Below, in pieces: positions 1 through 9,981 of a stretch of 32,000 nt of DNA (positions are counted from its first letter, which is position 1; each line of letters starts with the position of its first letter). Below the pieces are notes generated by a model. It did no database searches. It had not been told where the DNA came from and saw only the letters and a list, made by a program, of their open reading frames with translations. The stretch comes from Nostoc sp. PCC 7120 = FACHB-418 (GTDB taxonomy: Bacteria > Cyanobacteriota > Cyanobacteriia > Cyanobacteriales > Nostocaceae), in NCBI RefSeq assembly GCF_000009705.1, contig NC_003272.1, positions 480,001 to 512,000 on the forward strand, in the 5' to 3' direction. The position numbers were made by a program, and so were the translations under genes.

Positions 1-482
1 TGTACCTTATCTGCATTGGCATTGAGATTAATTCCCAAAGCTTCCAACACATCAGCCGAACCAGTCTTGCTAGAAGCAGAACGATTCCCATGTTTGGCAA
101 CTTTTACCCCGGCTGCCGCAGCCACAAAAGCCACAGCAGTGGAGATATTGAAAGTAGATGCACCATCACCACCAGTTCCGCAAGTATCAATAAGGGGAGT
201 GGGGAATGGGGAATGAGGAGGGGAGTAAGAGGACTGGGATTGCAGAACCCTGGCCATGCCCACTAACTCTTCAGATGATACGCCTTTAGCTTGGATTGCG
301 GCTAAGATTGCGCCTGAGAGGACTGGGGGAATGGTATCTGTGAGCCAGCCTTGCATTAAATCTGTCGCTTGGGCAACTGTTAAGGATTGGCGTTTGAGCA
401 ATTGTTGGAGTATGGCTGACCAGTCGTTGGAGTCGGGAGTAACTGAGATGTTATCAAGTGGAGTTTGAGTTACAGCTACCAT
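1..482 (-). CDS. trpD: Anthranilate phosphoribosyltransferase, N-terminal ~160 aa (3' part lies beyond the left edge)
   Basis: Absent from the ORF track because it is truncated. My reverse-complement translation from ATG 482-480 gives [14 protein letters not shown]...[10 protein letters not shown]...[57 protein letters not shown]. This carries the TrpD GTGGDG and [16 protein letters not shown] signatures. It starts 12 nt after the trpB stop. Confidence 0.9.
   Translation of the reverse strand, partial: MVAVTQTPLDNISVTPDSNDWSAILQQLLKRQSLTVAQATDLMQGWLTDTIPPVLSGAILAAIQAKGVSSEELVGMARVLQSQSSYSPPHSPFPTPLIDTCGTGGDGASTFNISTAVAFVAAAAGVKVAKHGNRSASSKTGSADVLEALGINLNANADKV
194..228. repeat. G-rich heptamer run GGGGAGT GGGGAAT GGGGAAT GAGGAGG GGAGTAA inside trpD
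   Basis: Read directly. On the coding strand it encodes the Pro/Ser-rich loop [12 protein letters not shown] just before the [10 protein letters not shown] motif. Confidence 0.7.
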
Positions 483-494
483 ATTAGTTAATGG

Positions 495-1724
495 TTAATA
501 ATTAAGGACTTTGGCGACGGTTTGCACATCTTTATCACCTCTGCCAGAACAGTTGATGACAATGCGAGGGCTACCATTGAGTTGGGGACAGAGAGTTTCT
601 AGGTAAGCGATCGCATGAGATGTTTCTAATGCGGGTATAATCCCTTCTAGTCGGGAGAGTTGTTGAAATCCATCTAAAGCTTGTTTATCAGTCACGCTGT
701 AATATTCAGCGCGTCTTATATCTTTCAAATAACTATGCTCAGGCCCTACACCCGGATAGTCTAGTCCAGCACTAATTGAGTGAGCTTCAATGACTTGACC
801 ATCCTCATCTTGCAATAAGTAACTCATTGCACCATGCAAAACTCCAACTCTACCTAGTGTCAAGGTGGCAGCGTGTTTATCTGTGTCTACACCTTCGCCG
901 GCGGCTTCCACACCAATCAGACGGATGGAAGGCTCATCTATAAACTCGTGGAACAAGCCAATGGCATTGGAACCACCACCCACACAAGCCAGTAGAATAT
1001 CTGGGAGTCCTCCCCATTTTTCTTGACACTGGACGCGGGTTTCTTTACCGATAATGGCGTGGAAGTCGCGGACAATCATCGGGTAGGGATGGGGGCCAGC
1101 CACAGAACCAAGGATGTAATGTGTGGTTTCTACATTTGTTACCCAATCTCGAATTGCTTCTGATGTTGCATCTTTGAGGGTTCCTGTACCCGCTTCCACT
1201 GGGCGAACTTCCGCCCCCATCAACTTCATGCGGAAAACATTTAGGGCTTGTCGTTCCATATCGTGGATGCCCATGTAAATCACACAATCCAACCCAAAAC
1301 GCGCACATACAGTTGCAGTTGCTACACCGTGTTGACCTGCCCCTGTTTCGGCAATGACACGCTGTTTACCTATGCGTTTGGCGAGTAATACTTGAGCCAA
1401 AGCGTTATTAATTTTGTGTGCGCCTGTATGATTTAAATCTTCACGCTTTAAGTAAATTTGCGCACCAGTTCCGTCTGGTCTGGCGTAATATTCTGTTAGG
1501 CGTTCAGCAAAGTACAATGGGCTAGGTCTGCCTACATAATCACGCAGTAAGTTTTGTAATTCGGTTTGATAGCTGGCATCGTCACGGTATTTTTGATAAG
1601 CGGTTTCTAATTCGCCTAAAGCTGGCATCAGGGTTTCAGGTACATACTTACCGCCGAATTTACCGAATCTGCCTAGTGCATCTGGGCGTGCAAGTTGGTT
1701 TTTAATTTCTGGAGTGCTTACCAC
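495..1724 (-). CDS. trpB: Tryptophan synthase beta subunit (cluster-associated copy)
   Basis: 409-aa ORF with a GTG start. It has the PLP-lysine motif [19 protein letters not shown], and the N-terminus [15 protein letters not shown] typical of TrpB. Confidence 0.97.
   Translation of the reverse strand: MVSTPEIKNQLARPDALGRFGKFGGKYVPETLMPALGELETAYQKYRDDASYQTELQNLLRDYVGRPSPLYFAERLTEYYARPDGTGAQIYLKREDLNHTGAHKINNALAQVLLAKRIGKQRVIAETGAGQHGVATATVCARFGLDCVIYMGIHDMERQALNVFRMKLMGAEVRPVEAGTGTLKDATSEAIRDWVTNVETTHYILGSVAGPHPYPMIVRDFHAIIGKETRVQCQEKWGGLPDILLACVGGGSNAIGLFHEFIDEPSIRLIGVEAAGEGVDTDKHAATLTLGRVGVLHGAMSYLLQDEDGQVIEAHSISAGLDYPGVGPEHSYLKDIRRAEYYSVTDKQALDGFQQLSRLEGIIPALETSHAIAYLETLCPQLNGSPRIVINCSGRGDKDVQTVAKVLNY
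607..614. repeat. HIP1 octamer GCGATCGC, one example of at least 18 dispersed perfect copies
   Basis: Perfect GCGATCGC read by eye near 607, 2093, 3583, 4368, 7670, 8144, 10555, 12743, 17975, 18015, 21684, 21724, 26894, 28054, 28785, 28985, 29345, 29704 and 31617. Fewer than 1 copy is expected by chance in 32 kb. HIP1 is a hallmark of cyanobacterial genomes. Confidence 0.9.
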
Positions 1725-1777
1725 TGGTTAAAGTCCTTTTACATGATGATGATTTTTCACGCAGAGATGGGGAGAGT

Positions 1778-2590
1778 CTAAACTCTAGCCTCTACACGGG
1801 TAATAGCTGTCTTGAGTTCTTGGCAGAGTTTTTCTACCGCTTGTAATCCTTGGCTTGGGCTACCTTCTGCGAGGCGTTTGACAAAAGCACTACCAACGAT
1901 GACCGCATCTGCACCCCATTCTTTAACTTGACGGGCTTGTTCTGGTGCGGAGATACCAAAGCCTACGCCGATGGGTTTATCTGTGACGTGGCGTAAGTCG
2001 GTAATTAAGTGTTGTACGCGGTCTTGGATTTGGGAACGGATACCTGTAACGCCTGTGACACTTACTAAATAAATGAATCCTTGTGATTGACGTGCGATCG
2101 CTTCAATCCTATTCTGAGAACTAGTAGGAGCAACCAGCAAAATCACCTCAATACCAAAATTAGCAGCAGTTTTAATTAATTCTTCCGCCTCTTCTAAAGG
2201 TAAATCTGGCACTACTAGACCCCGCACCCCAACCGCCGCAATTGTTTCCAAAAACGACTGAATCCCACGATGTAAAATTGGGTTGTAGTAAGTGAATAAA
2301 ATTATCGGTGCTTGCAGACTGGGAATAACTGTTTCCAGCATCTCCAAAACTTGCTCTAATTTCGTTCCTCGCTGCAAGGCGCGGGTTGCTGCTGCTTGAA
2401 TCACAGGCCCATCTGCCAAAGGGTCAGAATAGGGAACACCCAATTCGATAAAATCAGCCCCATGACGATCTAAAATGCGTAAAGCCTCGGCAGTAGTTTG
2501 TAAATCAGGGTCGCCAGCAGTGATAAAAGGAATCAACGCACACTGTTGACGTTGGCGTAAAGATTGAAAATGGTCAGAAATGGTAGGCAT
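1778..2590 (-). CDS. trpA: Tryptophan synthase alpha subunit
   Basis: 270-aa ORF with the TrpA motifs [29 protein letters not shown] and GVGFGIS. Confidence 0.95.
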   Translation of the reverse strand: MPTISDHFQSLRQRQQCALIPFITAGDPDLQTTAEALRILDRHGADFIELGVPYSDPLADGPVIQAAATRALQRGTKLEQVLEMLETVIPSLQAPIILFTYYNPILHRGIQSFLETIAAVGVRGLVVPDLPLEEAEELIKTAANFGIEVILLVAPTSSQNRIEAIARQSQGFIYLVSVTGVTGIRSQIQDRVQHLITDLRHVTDKPIGVGFGISAPEQARQVKEWGADAVIVGSAFVKRLAEGSPSQGLQAVEKLCQELKTAITRVEARV

Positions 2591-2597
2591 TTAGGTA

Positions 2598-2628
2598 GGG
2601 GTATAGGGGTATAAGGGTGTAGGAGTGG
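2598..2628. repeat. Tandem octamer array GGGGTATA GGGGTATA AGGGTGTA GGAGTGG
   Basis: Read directly. It fills most of the 53-bp spacer between the oxidoreductase stop and the trpA start. The same GGGGTRTR family occurs at 9926, 19094 (reverse orientation) and 30668. Confidence 0.8.
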
Positions 2629-2643
2629 AAAGAAGAATAACAG

Positions 2644-3600
2644 TTAACTATTGACCTCAATGGCTATTTTGCCGCGTATACCTTGGCCTCCTTCCTCAAG
2701 TTTTTTATGTGCTGCTGCTAATTGATTGAGGGGATAAGTGATGCCAAAGATGGGTTTGATTTGACGACGTTCAATTAAGCTTCTTAAAGCATTCAGCTTG
2801 GAATGAGTGTCGTCTAGGTGTACAAAATGGATAGTAATATTTTTAAAAATGGCGGTGTTCAGGTCGCCTGTAACGCCCGTTATGGTGACAGCCCGACCGT
2901 TTTCCTTTGTTACTAGTAAACTTTTGGCTAGGGTTTCACCAGCAACAGTAGTAAAAGTTATATCAACGCCTGCGCCACCTGTTTCCTGCATAATGATGTT
3001 TGTAAAATCTTCGTTGCGGTAATCAATGGCTCTATCTGCACCAATGGACTTAACAAAATCGATATCATAACCGCCACAGGTCGTATAAACATAAGCACCA
3101 GCCGCCTTGGCTATTTGGATGGCGAATGTACCTACACCTCCTGCACCGCCATGAATTAATACCGTTTCACCGACTTGAAGATTGGCTCTGGTGATGAGTG
3201 CAGCCCATGCTGTACCCCCGGCTACGGGTACGGTAGCTGCTTCTAGATGAGATATGTTGTTGGGCTTTTTGGCAATCATCGACGACGGAAAAGCGTGGTA
3301 TTCTGCATTAGCACCGCCGCCTAATTCATGGGGGATGGCATAATAAACTTCATCACCGACTTGAAAATCTCTGACGTTTTCGCCAACTGCTTCAACAACA
3401 CCAGAAACGTCAAAACCGAGAATTGCTGGTAACTGAACCCTGGGGCCAAAAAATCCTCGACGCATTCCACAGTCTGCTGGGTTAACCGAAGTTGCATAAA
3501 CCTTGACTAAAACTTCGTTGTTAGCTGGTGTTGGTTTATTAACTTCAACTTCTGTAAAAACTTCTGGGCTGCCGAAGTTAGCGATCGCCATTGCTCTCAT
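2644..3600 (-). CDS. MDR-superfamily NAD(P)H:quinone oxidoreductase / zinc-type alcohol dehydrogenase-like protein
   Basis: 318-aa ORF. It has a GroES-like N-terminal half (VKVYATSVNPADCGMR, VGDEVY) and the nucleotide-binding motif IHGGAGGVGTFAIQIAKAAGA. There is no signal peptide. It is co-directional with the trp genes. Confidence 0.85.
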   Translation of the reverse strand: MRAMAIANFGSPEVFTEVEVNKPTPANNEVLVKVYATSVNPADCGMRRGFFGPRVQLPAILGFDVSGVVEAVGENVRDFQVGDEVYYAIPHELGGGANAEYHAFPSSMIAKKPNNISHLEAATVPVAGGTAWAALITRANLQVGETVLIHGGAGGVGTFAIQIAKAAGAYVYTTCGGYDIDFVKSIGADRAIDYRNEDFTNIIMQETGGAGVDITFTTVAGETLAKSLLVTKENGRAVTITGVTGDLNTAIFKNITIHFVHLDDTHSKLNALRSLIERRQIKPIFGITYPLNQLAAAHKKLEEGGQGIRGKIAIEVNS

Positions 3601-3698
3601 ATAATTACCTTAAAGCAACTAAAACATCATTATTCTCATCTCTTGTTCATTAATGTCTCCCGCTAAAGGCTGCTTTCTACTCTCGTCAGAAAAGGGTT

Positions 3699-3738
3699 AA
3701 GGGGGAAAGCATAATGTATTTCGCTTATCCTTCCCCTT
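3699..3738 (-). promoter_or_regulatory. Imperfect G/C stem-loop in the 198-bp trpC-oxidoreductase spacer
   Basis: AAGGGGG..GAAAGC / GCTT..CCCCTT arms were read directly. On the minus-strand RNA the stem is followed by AACCCUUUUCUG. It is only weakly terminator-like. Confidence 0.3.
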
Positions 3739-3798
3739 GACCTAACCTCTGCAAGAAGTCTCTACTATGTCTTTGTGGTTCAAAAAGACACAAAATAT

Positions 3799-4623
3799 TT
3801 AAGCTACTAACAAACTACGTGTTGCTTCTTCAACATCAGTTTGTTTAACTAAAGACTCTCCCACCAACACCGCACGCGCCCCAACTCCAGCAACGAAGGA
3901 TAAATCAGCAGGTGTATAAATTCCCGACTCACTAGCAATTGTGAGATTCAAGTTTTCTATTTCTTGCTGTCGCTGGCTTAAAAGCTGTTGTGTGATTTTT
4001 AAATCAACTGTAAAATCTTCCAGATTGCGGTTGTTAATTCCCAACAAACGTAAGTCTTTCAGTTTTAACACTCTATCCAGTTCGGCTAAGGTATGGACTT
4101 CTACTAGTGCAGTCATCCCCAACTCATGAATCAATTTTAAAAACTCTTGGAGTTCTTCATCTGAAAGGATAGCTGCAATCAACAATACCGCATCTGCACC
4201 GAAAGTCCGTGCGAGATATATTTGGTAAGAGTCAATGATAAACTCCTTACACAATAAGGGTAACGAGACTTGCTGACGCACCAAGCGCAGATTATCAAAA
4301 CTACCTTGAAAGAACTTCTCATCAGTAAGAACAGACAGACAAGCTGCACCACCTTTTTGGTAAGATTGAGCGATCGCCACTGGATCAAAATCTAACCGAA
4401 TAATCCCGCGACTCGGTGATGCTTTTTTTACTTCAGCTATTAAACTAGGCTTATGAGAATTATCTTGCAAAGCCTTCAAAAAATCTCGCACGGGCGGCGC
4501 AATAGTTAACTGCTGTTGCAGTGTAACTAAAGGTAATTCCTGTTGTAATTGCGTAACTTCTTGTTGTTTATGCAACACAATCTCTTGAAGAATGTGGCGA
4601 GGCGGGGCAATTTGGTTAGTCAT
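3799..4623 (-). CDS. trpC: Indole-3-glycerol-phosphate synthase
   Basis: Motifs [46 protein letters not shown] and ASESGI. The track ORF extends to 4671. I prefer ATG 4623 ([12 protein letters not shown]), which overlaps the trpE(G) stop in the sequence ATGACTAA. Confidence 0.93.
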   Translation of the reverse strand: MTNQIAPPRHILQEIVLHKQQEVTQLQQELPLVTLQQQLTIAPPVRDFLKALQDNSHKPSLIAEVKKASPSRGIIRLDFDPVAIAQSYQKGGAACLSVLTDEKFFQGSFDNLRLVRQQVSLPLLCKEFIIDSYQIYLARTFGADAVLLIAAILSDEELQEFLKLIHELGMTALVEVHTLAELDRVLKLKDLRLLGINNRNLEDFTVDLKITQQLLSQRQQEIENLNLTIASESGIYTPADLSFVAGVGARAVLVGESLVKQTDVEEATRSLLVA

Positions 4624-6823
4624 AGATGGGAACTGTTGACTGTTGACTTTGTGTATATTTTTGCACCACATTTTTGATCATCATTAAACCAACTTCTCCA
4701 GCTAGAGTCATGATTGATTCTGGATGAAACTGGACGGCGGCGATAGGTAGTGTCTGATGTTCAATCGCCATAATCACCTCATCATCAGAAATCGCTGTCA
4801 CCTTCAGTTCTTTTGGTAAGCGTTGTGATAGTGCAAATAATGAATGATATCTCCCGACTGTAAAAGATTCGGGCAAATCTTGAAACATCACAGAATCGGG
4901 TGCTGTAACAAAAATCCGCGAAGATTTACCATGTTGGGGATAATTCAATACTCCCAATTCTCCACCGAAAGCTTCCACAATACCTTGCAGTCCTAAACAG
5001 ACACCAAACAGAGGTATTTGGCGACGGACGCAGGCGGCGACGGTTTCCTGTACTTTAAATTCACTCGGTCTACCGGGGCCAGGAGATAATACTACTAAGT
5101 CTGGGCGTTCTGTATCAAATAGGGATTCTGAGAAGCCGTGACGCAGTGTGGTGACAGTTGCACCAGTGGAACGGATGTAGTTAGCTAGGGTATGAACAAA
5201 TGAGTCTTCATGGTCAATTAGTAAGATGTGTTTACCTGATTGTCCATCGGGAAGATATTTGCTTAACTTTCTAGTACTAGATTCTTCAATCTGTGGGTCT
5301 ATTTGTTTAGCACGCCGAATCGTTTCAAAAGCAGCCGCAGCTTTAGTGATGGTTTCTTGTTCTTCTGCTTGGGGTATGGAGTCATACAGTAGAGTAGCAC
5401 CAACTCGCACTTCAGCAATTGAGTCTTGCAATCTGATTGTCCTTAAAATTAACCCAGTATTTAAATTCCCGTTAAAATTCAAATACCCAACCGCGCCACC
5501 ATACCAACGTCTGACGCTGCGTTCGTTCTTTTCGATGAATTGAATAGCAGCCCTTTTCGGTGCGCCTGTGACTGTAACAGCCCAAGTGTGACTGAGGAAA
5601 GCATCTAAAGCATCAAACTCTGGTCGGAGAATGCCTTCTACATGGTCTACCGTATGAATTAAGTGGCTATATAATTCAATTTGCCGGCGACCAATCACCT
5701 TGACTGAACCGGGTTCACAGATGCGAGACTTATCGTTACGGTCTACGTCAGTACACATAGTCAACTCTGCTTCGTCTTTGTGGGAGTTGAGTAACTGACG
5801 AATCTGCACAGCATCATCTATAGCATCATGCCCTCTAGTAATAGTGCCACTAATAGGACAAGTTTCTACACGCCTACCTTCCACCCGTACAAACATTTCT
5901 GGTGAAGCGCCAATGATGTATTCTCCACCAAGATTAAAAATAAATCCATAGGGACTAGGATTTATTTGTTTTAAAGTTTCAAATAGTTGGCTTGGTGGTG
6001 CTTCGCAAGCTGTGAAAAAATTCTGACTGGGAACCACTTCAAATAAGTCACCCCGACGGAAATAATCAAGGGCAAATTCTACTAGTTTGGCATACTCACC
6101 TATTTTATGGTCAGCATTTTGAGGAGGTGTTAAACATTGACCTCGATAATCAACAGATTCTCCCGTGCGGGGCAAATCATAAGTACTACCATGCGCTGTG
6201 ATGAAGTCATACTCTAGCCGAAATGCTTGTTGTTGATAGTAGTCTACAACTATCAATTCGTCGGGTAAATATAGAACTAAATCTCGTTGGTCTTGTGGAC
6301 GTTCTAAGCATTGGGTTATTTGCTCAAATTGGAAAACTAAGTCATAACCAAACGCACCATATAATCCTAAATGTTCGTCTTCTTGACTAGAGAAGATATG
6401 TAGTATTTCCCGAATAACCGTAAATGTAGAAGGTTGTTTACTACGTTCTTCTTCGGCAAAAAATTCTGGTGTAGATTTAACTAATCCAGTAATTTTATGA
6501 TGATGTTCAGTGAGTTTCTGGAGTTGTTCTGATTTTGATAAACACTCAAAGATCACTGGTAAAAGTACATAGCCACGCTCATTTAATGCTGTGAGAGTAA
6601 AAGTATTTCCGCTTGTGGATAATTCTACAGGTGGATTAACAAAACCAATTGCCCATCTTTTATATCTTCCTGGATATTCATAGCTACTAGTCAGCAATCC
6701 ACCACGCTGAGAGTTTAAGTAGAAAAGAATCTCTTCTAAAGCTGTCTCCATTTTAACTTGTGTGATGGAGCGAGAGACACGCACGTTACCATTAGTTCTG
6801 TAGCTGTGGGAATCGGCAATCAT
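4616..6823 (-). CDS. trpE: Fused anthranilate synthase, component I (TrpE) plus glutamine amidotransferase component II (TrpG)
   Basis: 735-aa ORF. The chorismate-binding part has [15 protein letters not shown] and GGAVGY. The C-terminal class-I GATase has [18 protein letters not shown] (catalytic Cys) and VQFHPES. Confidence 0.93.
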   Translation of the reverse strand: MIADSHSYRTNGNVRVSRSITQVKMETALEEILFYLNSQRGGLLTSSYEYPGRYKRWAIGFVNPPVELSTSGNTFTLTALNERGYVLLPVIFECLSKSEQLQKLTEHHHKITGLVKSTPEFFAEEERSKQPSTFTVIREILHIFSSQEDEHLGLYGAFGYDLVFQFEQITQCLERPQDQRDLVLYLPDELIVVDYYQQQAFRLEYDFITAHGSTYDLPRTGESVDYRGQCLTPPQNADHKIGEYAKLVEFALDYFRRGDLFEVVPSQNFFTACEAPPSQLFETLKQINPSPYGFIFNLGGEYIIGASPEMFVRVEGRRVETCPISGTITRGHDAIDDAVQIRQLLNSHKDEAELTMCTDVDRNDKSRICEPGSVKVIGRRQIELYSHLIHTVDHVEGILRPEFDALDAFLSHTWAVTVTGAPKRAAIQFIEKNERSVRRWYGGAVGYLNFNGNLNTGLILRTIRLQDSIAEVRVGATLLYDSIPQAEEQETITKAAAAFETIRRAKQIDPQIEESSTRKLSKYLPDGQSGKHILLIDHEDSFVHTLANYIRSTGATVTTLRHGFSESLFDTERPDLVVLSPGPGRPSEFKVQETVAACVRRQIPLFGVCLGLQGIVEAFGGELGVLNYPQHGKSSRIFVTAPDSVMFQDLPESFTVGRYHSLFALSQRLPKELKVTAISDDEVIMAIEHQTLPIAAVQFHPESIMTLAGEVGLMMIKNVVQKYTQSQQSTVPIYD
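4632..4648. repeat. Heptamer ACTGTTG x2.4 (reverse complement CAACAGT, a classical Nostocales STRR unit)
   Basis: Read directly. It encodes the extreme C-terminal tail (SQQSTV) of TrpE(G). Confidence 0.75.
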
Positions 6824-7181
6824 AAATTATCTCTCTAGAATATTTACTATTCAATTATTCAAGAAATCTGTCACTGCTAAAAAATAACTTTTTGCAGTAG
6901 ATAAGTTGTAATAATTAGGTGCTATGAAAGTTCTACTAATACAGGATTATTTTCCGAGCTTATGAAAATACAAATATTTTGTGACTTCTTGTTATAGCCT
7001 ACTAAACATCAATCATTATTTAAATGAAATATCTTTAGATTGGGATGGCAATTTATTAGCTTTTATACAATTTAATTTCCATATTTACTGAATAGCTTCT
7101 TGCTCTTTTCCGCATCTAACTAAAGCAAGATATATTTATAAGCAGTTAACTGTCAACAGCCAATACGAAAAGATGTACAAG
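6824..7181 (-). promoter_or_regulatory. 358-bp AT-rich spacer between eboF and trpE(G); candidate internal promoter
   Basis: It is one of the two longest gaps inside the co-directional array (373 bp at scyA-scyB). It is strongly AT-rich and I saw no convincing ORF or strong terminator. The assignment is by inference only. Confidence 0.3.
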
Positions 7182-8579
7182 TTAAATGCACGACATCTGA
7201 TTACTATTTACCATGAGATGTTTGAGAATTAACTGGTAAACATCAGTGGCGGAAATTGCCGTAGAATCAAACAAGTGAGATTGTTGAGTAATTAATAATG
7301 GGCTTTGAGATGGAGAAGGAGGAAGACAGCCGTGAGAACCTTTGACCAGTTCAGCATCTAAAGGAATGATATCCATCAAGTAACGAAAACCGAGTTTTTT
7401 CTGCAAAAGCTTAGTAGCAATTTTAACTTGAGGTAATTTGATTTCTGGGTCGAGGAAAAGTTCTACAGGGTCGTAACCGGGTTTACGGTGAATATCTACA
7501 GTTTTGGCAAAATCGGGAGCGCGACGGTCATCAAGCCAGTAATAATAGGTAAACCAAGCATCTGGTTGAGATACTGCAATTAACTCTCCGGCGCGGGAGT
7601 GATTGAGATGATAGTAAGATTTTTGCGTCTCATCTAAAACATCAGCAATCCCATCTATATTTTCGAGGAGCGATCGCACCTGGGGAATATAATAGGGATC
7701 ATTGACATACACATGAGCTACTTGATGGTCAGCCACAGCAAAGGCTTTACTAGCGCCAGCATCTAGTAATTCTCGTCCCAATTCTTCCCTGATTGTGAGT
7801 AAGCCATGTTCTCGCAAGACACGGTTAATATGTATGGGTTGGGAGACTGAGGTAATCCCATATTCAGATAAAACAATGACTTGAGCGCCTCGATTTTCAT
7901 AGAATTGGATTAAATCGCTACAAATAGCGTCAATTTCCTGTAAATCCTTGGCTATTTTGGTGATATCAGTCCCATACTTTTGTAGACAGTAGTCCAGATG
8001 GGGTAAATAAACTAGTGTCAGCGTGGGGTCGCAACGTCCATCAAGAAATTTTGCTGAGTCTGCAATCCATTGGGTGGAACGAATTGAGGTATTTGGCCCC
8101 CAGAAGTTGAACAGAGGAAACTGACCTAGATCAATTTGTAGACGCGATCGCAAGTTTTCTGGTTGACTATATATATCAGGTAATTTTCTGCCATCAGCCG
8201 GATACATCGGTCGGGGAGTCACCGAATAATCCACTGAGGAATACATATTGTACCACCAGAATAAGTTGGCACAGGTAAAATCAGAATCTATCTCTTTGGC
8301 AATTTCCCATACTTTGGGTGCTTGAATGAGTTTGTTAGACTGTCGCCAAAATTTAATTTCACACTCATCACGAAAATACCAACCGTTAGCAACGATTCCA
8401 TGTTCATCAGGTGATTTACCTGTGAGATAGGTTGCTTGCGCTGTACAAGTTACAGCAGGTAACACGGGTGTAACAGTGGCAATTTTTCCTGTAGATGACC
8501 ACCGTGAAAGAAAGGGTGTATGTTCACATATAAGTTTCGGTGTTAATCCGACAACGTTGAGAATAACAGTTTTTTGCAT
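7182..8579 (-). CDS. eboF: Alkaline-phosphatase-superfamily nucleotide pyrophosphatase/phosphodiesterase (EboF-type)
   Basis: 465-aa ORF with VLPAVTCTAQATYLTG (a Thr nucleophile context), LVYLPHLDY, LSEYG and KGSHG, which are typical of type-I phosphodiesterase/AlkP-like enzymes. It is the last position of the ebo gene set. Confidence 0.75.
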   Translation of the reverse strand: MQKTVILNVVGLTPKLICEHTPFLSRWSSTGKIATVTPVLPAVTCTAQATYLTGKSPDEHGIVANGWYFRDECEIKFWRQSNKLIQAPKVWEIAKEIDSDFTCANLFWWYNMYSSVDYSVTPRPMYPADGRKLPDIYSQPENLRSRLQIDLGQFPLFNFWGPNTSIRSTQWIADSAKFLDGRCDPTLTLVYLPHLDYCLQKYGTDITKIAKDLQEIDAICSDLIQFYENRGAQVIVLSEYGITSVSQPIHINRVLREHGLLTIREELGRELLDAGASKAFAVADHQVAHVYVNDPYYIPQVRSLLENIDGIADVLDETQKSYYHLNHSRAGELIAVSQPDAWFTYYYWLDDRRAPDFAKTVDIHRKPGYDPVELFLDPEIKLPQVKIATKLLQKKLGFRYLMDIIPLDAELVKGSHGCLPPSPSQSPLLITQQSHLFDSTAISATDVYQLILKHLMVNSNQMSCI

Positions 8580-8603
8580 GGAAACTTCTAATTTTTAAAT
8601 CTG

Positions 8604-8669
8604 AAAGGCAAAGTAACGCTGTAGACGCTTTTGCGGCTTGCCGCAGGCTGGAAAGCGCAAAGTAACGCT
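8604..8669. repeat. Structured spacer: a 13-bp perfect direct repeat GCAAAGTAACGCT (8608-8620, 8657-8669) flanking the palindrome TGCGGC-TT-GCCGCA (8632-8645)
   Basis: Read directly. The second repeat copy overlaps the eboE stop codon. Confidence 0.75.
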
Positions 8670-9969
8670 AAGGGAAAGCCACTAGTTGCTTTAGTAATAA
8701 TTTGTTCATTACCCACTCATATTCACGTTGGATTGAGGCGGGTAAGTTTAGTTTCATTTCATCGGGTAGGACTTCCCAGGTGTAGGTTTCAATTTCGAGA
8801 TGGTTGCAAAAGTGGTGATGTTGCAGCAAATCCAGTACATTTACAATGTCATGTTGAGTTGACTGCAATAGTTGGTAGTCACTCATGAAAATCGGGACGT
8901 GAAAGTGTATCCGCCACTCTTTATCTGTGGTGTTTTCTAGGTTAGGTAAGGCGGTTTCTAGGTCTTGATAGTGAATTAGTCTGTTGTTGCTTGTGCGTCC
9001 TATTACCTGATGTAAATATGTAGACTCAGCAAAGGGATGTAATCTCTCTATTAGTAGACGACGCTTTTCTATTGCTGTGGGTATCTTTACCTGTAATGCT
9101 GCACTAATCTGGATTTTGCCAATTTTAATTCCCGCCGCTTTAAATTGCAGTAGCACAGAAAGGGGGTCTTCATATTCCACAGCAAAATGGCAGGTATCGT
9201 AACAAATACGCAGATGATCTAATATGTAATTTTCTGCTAGTTCTTGTGTAATTCCCAATTGCTTGATTAAATAAGCGCCAGCAACTGGTAGTAGATACAT
9301 CTGGAAAAAATCAACTACTTCAGCCGCATTTTCGAGTAATCCATCTGGTTCCGGTTCTAAATTCAGGTGTAAGATTTTTCCCTGTTCAACTCGGATGCGT
9401 ACCATCTGTTCTACTACTTGTGCTATCTGCTGACTCGCATTCAGCATCACCGATGCTTGAGCAAGTTGATTTCCCTCGAACCAAGGCTTATAAGATAACG
9501 GTAGTGTAGAAATACTGCCTTCCATCCCCGGCGGTAATAATTCTGCTAAAATCTGCATTAATTGCAATGTATAGTCCAAGCGTTTCTGCTCAGACCAATC
9601 TGGCGCATAAACTAAGTCTTTGACTACTTGCCAGTGAAATTGTCCATAAGGAAAGCCATTTAAGGTAAATACATATAGGTCTTGTTCAGCCAACCATGAC
9701 TTAAACCCAGTCAAGGTATTCCCTTGGAGTAATTCCCTAGCAGCTACCTCTGCTAAACGTAAACCCACACCAAACTTTTTTTCTGGTGCTAATCGTGCTT
9801 TTAGGGGGGGAAGATATTGCTTGAGGTTAGCAAAGACTTTTTCCCATTCTTCGCCGGGGTGAATGTTAGTACAGTAGGTTAGATGGAGGTTGTTATTGCT
9901 TTCGATTTGCATCTTTACTGATAATGGGTGTAGGGGTGTAAGGGAAAGACGTTTACGTATTTGACTCAC
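8668..9969 (-). CDS. eboE: Xylose-isomerase-like TIM-barrel protein (EboE-type)
   Basis: 433-aa ORF with metal-site-like motifs CTNIHPGE, LNLEPEPD, CYDTCHF and HFHVP. It sits between the cyclase and the phosphodiesterase. An alternative start is ATG 9912 (MQIESNNN). The first 19 codons of the long form are partly encoded by the octamer repeat at 9926-9944. Confidence 0.7.
   Translation of the reverse strand: MSQIRKRLSLTPLHPLSVKMQIESNNNLHLTYCTNIHPGEEWEKVFANLKQYLPPLKARLAPEKKFGVGLRLAEVAARELLQGNTLTGFKSWLAEQDLYVFTLNGFPYGQFHWQVVKDLVYAPDWSEQKRLDYTLQLMQILAELLPPGMEGSISTLPLSYKPWFEGNQLAQASVMLNASQQIAQVVEQMVRIRVEQGKILHLNLEPEPDGLLENAAEVVDFFQMYLLPVAGAYLIKQLGITQELAENYILDHLRICYDTCHFAVEYEDPLSVLLQFKAAGIKIGKIQISAALQVKIPTAIEKRRLLIERLHPFAESTYLHQVIGRTSNNRLIHYQDLETALPNLENTTDKEWRIHFHVPIFMSDYQLLQSTQHDIVNVLDLLQHHHFCNHLEIETYTWEVLPDEMKLNLPASIQREYEWVMNKLLLKQLVAFP
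9926..9944. repeat. GGGTGTA GGGGTGTA AGGG octamer-family repeat
   Basis: Read directly. It lies in the eboD-eboE junction or the possible N-terminal extension of eboE, where it would encode TPLHPLS. Confidence 0.7.
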
Positions 9970-9981
9970 TGTTACCGATGT

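Noticed and set aside
194-228. G-rich heptamers in trpD as a disruptive insertion or pseudogenisation
   Set aside because: The reading frame is intact. The encoded loop is only a few residues longer than the corresponding segment I recall in other TrpD proteins, and the downstream catalytic motifs are perfect. The gene is most likely functional.
16-468. Plus-strand ORFs 16-216 and 256-468 from the track
   Set aside because: They lie antisense to a clear TrpD N-terminus, which carries the GTGGDG and KHGNRS motifs on the minus strand. Their translations are low-complexity and have no recognisable motifs.
1045-1308. 87-aa minus-strand ORF nested in trpB
   Set aside because: It is out of frame inside a strongly supported TrpB CDS. 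The same reasoning applies to the other nested or antisense track ORFs at 2807-3022, 3941-4129, 4179-4388, 5226-5543, 10040-10225, 15655-15870, 17131-17497, 18371-18607, 19734-19916, 20818-21036, 21597-22108, 22501-22704, 24751-25038, 25361-25555, 25797-25982, 26202-26384, 27920-28180, 30624-30839 and 31538-31759.
8631-8888. 85-aa plus-strand ORF across the eboE-eboF spacer
   Set aside because: It is antisense to the 3' end of eboE and begins inside the repeat/palindrome element, so it is probably spurious. The ORFs at 13206-13388, 14049-14255, 14194-14385, 17757-18004, 26344-26565 and 29135-29335 were rejected for the same kind of overlap.
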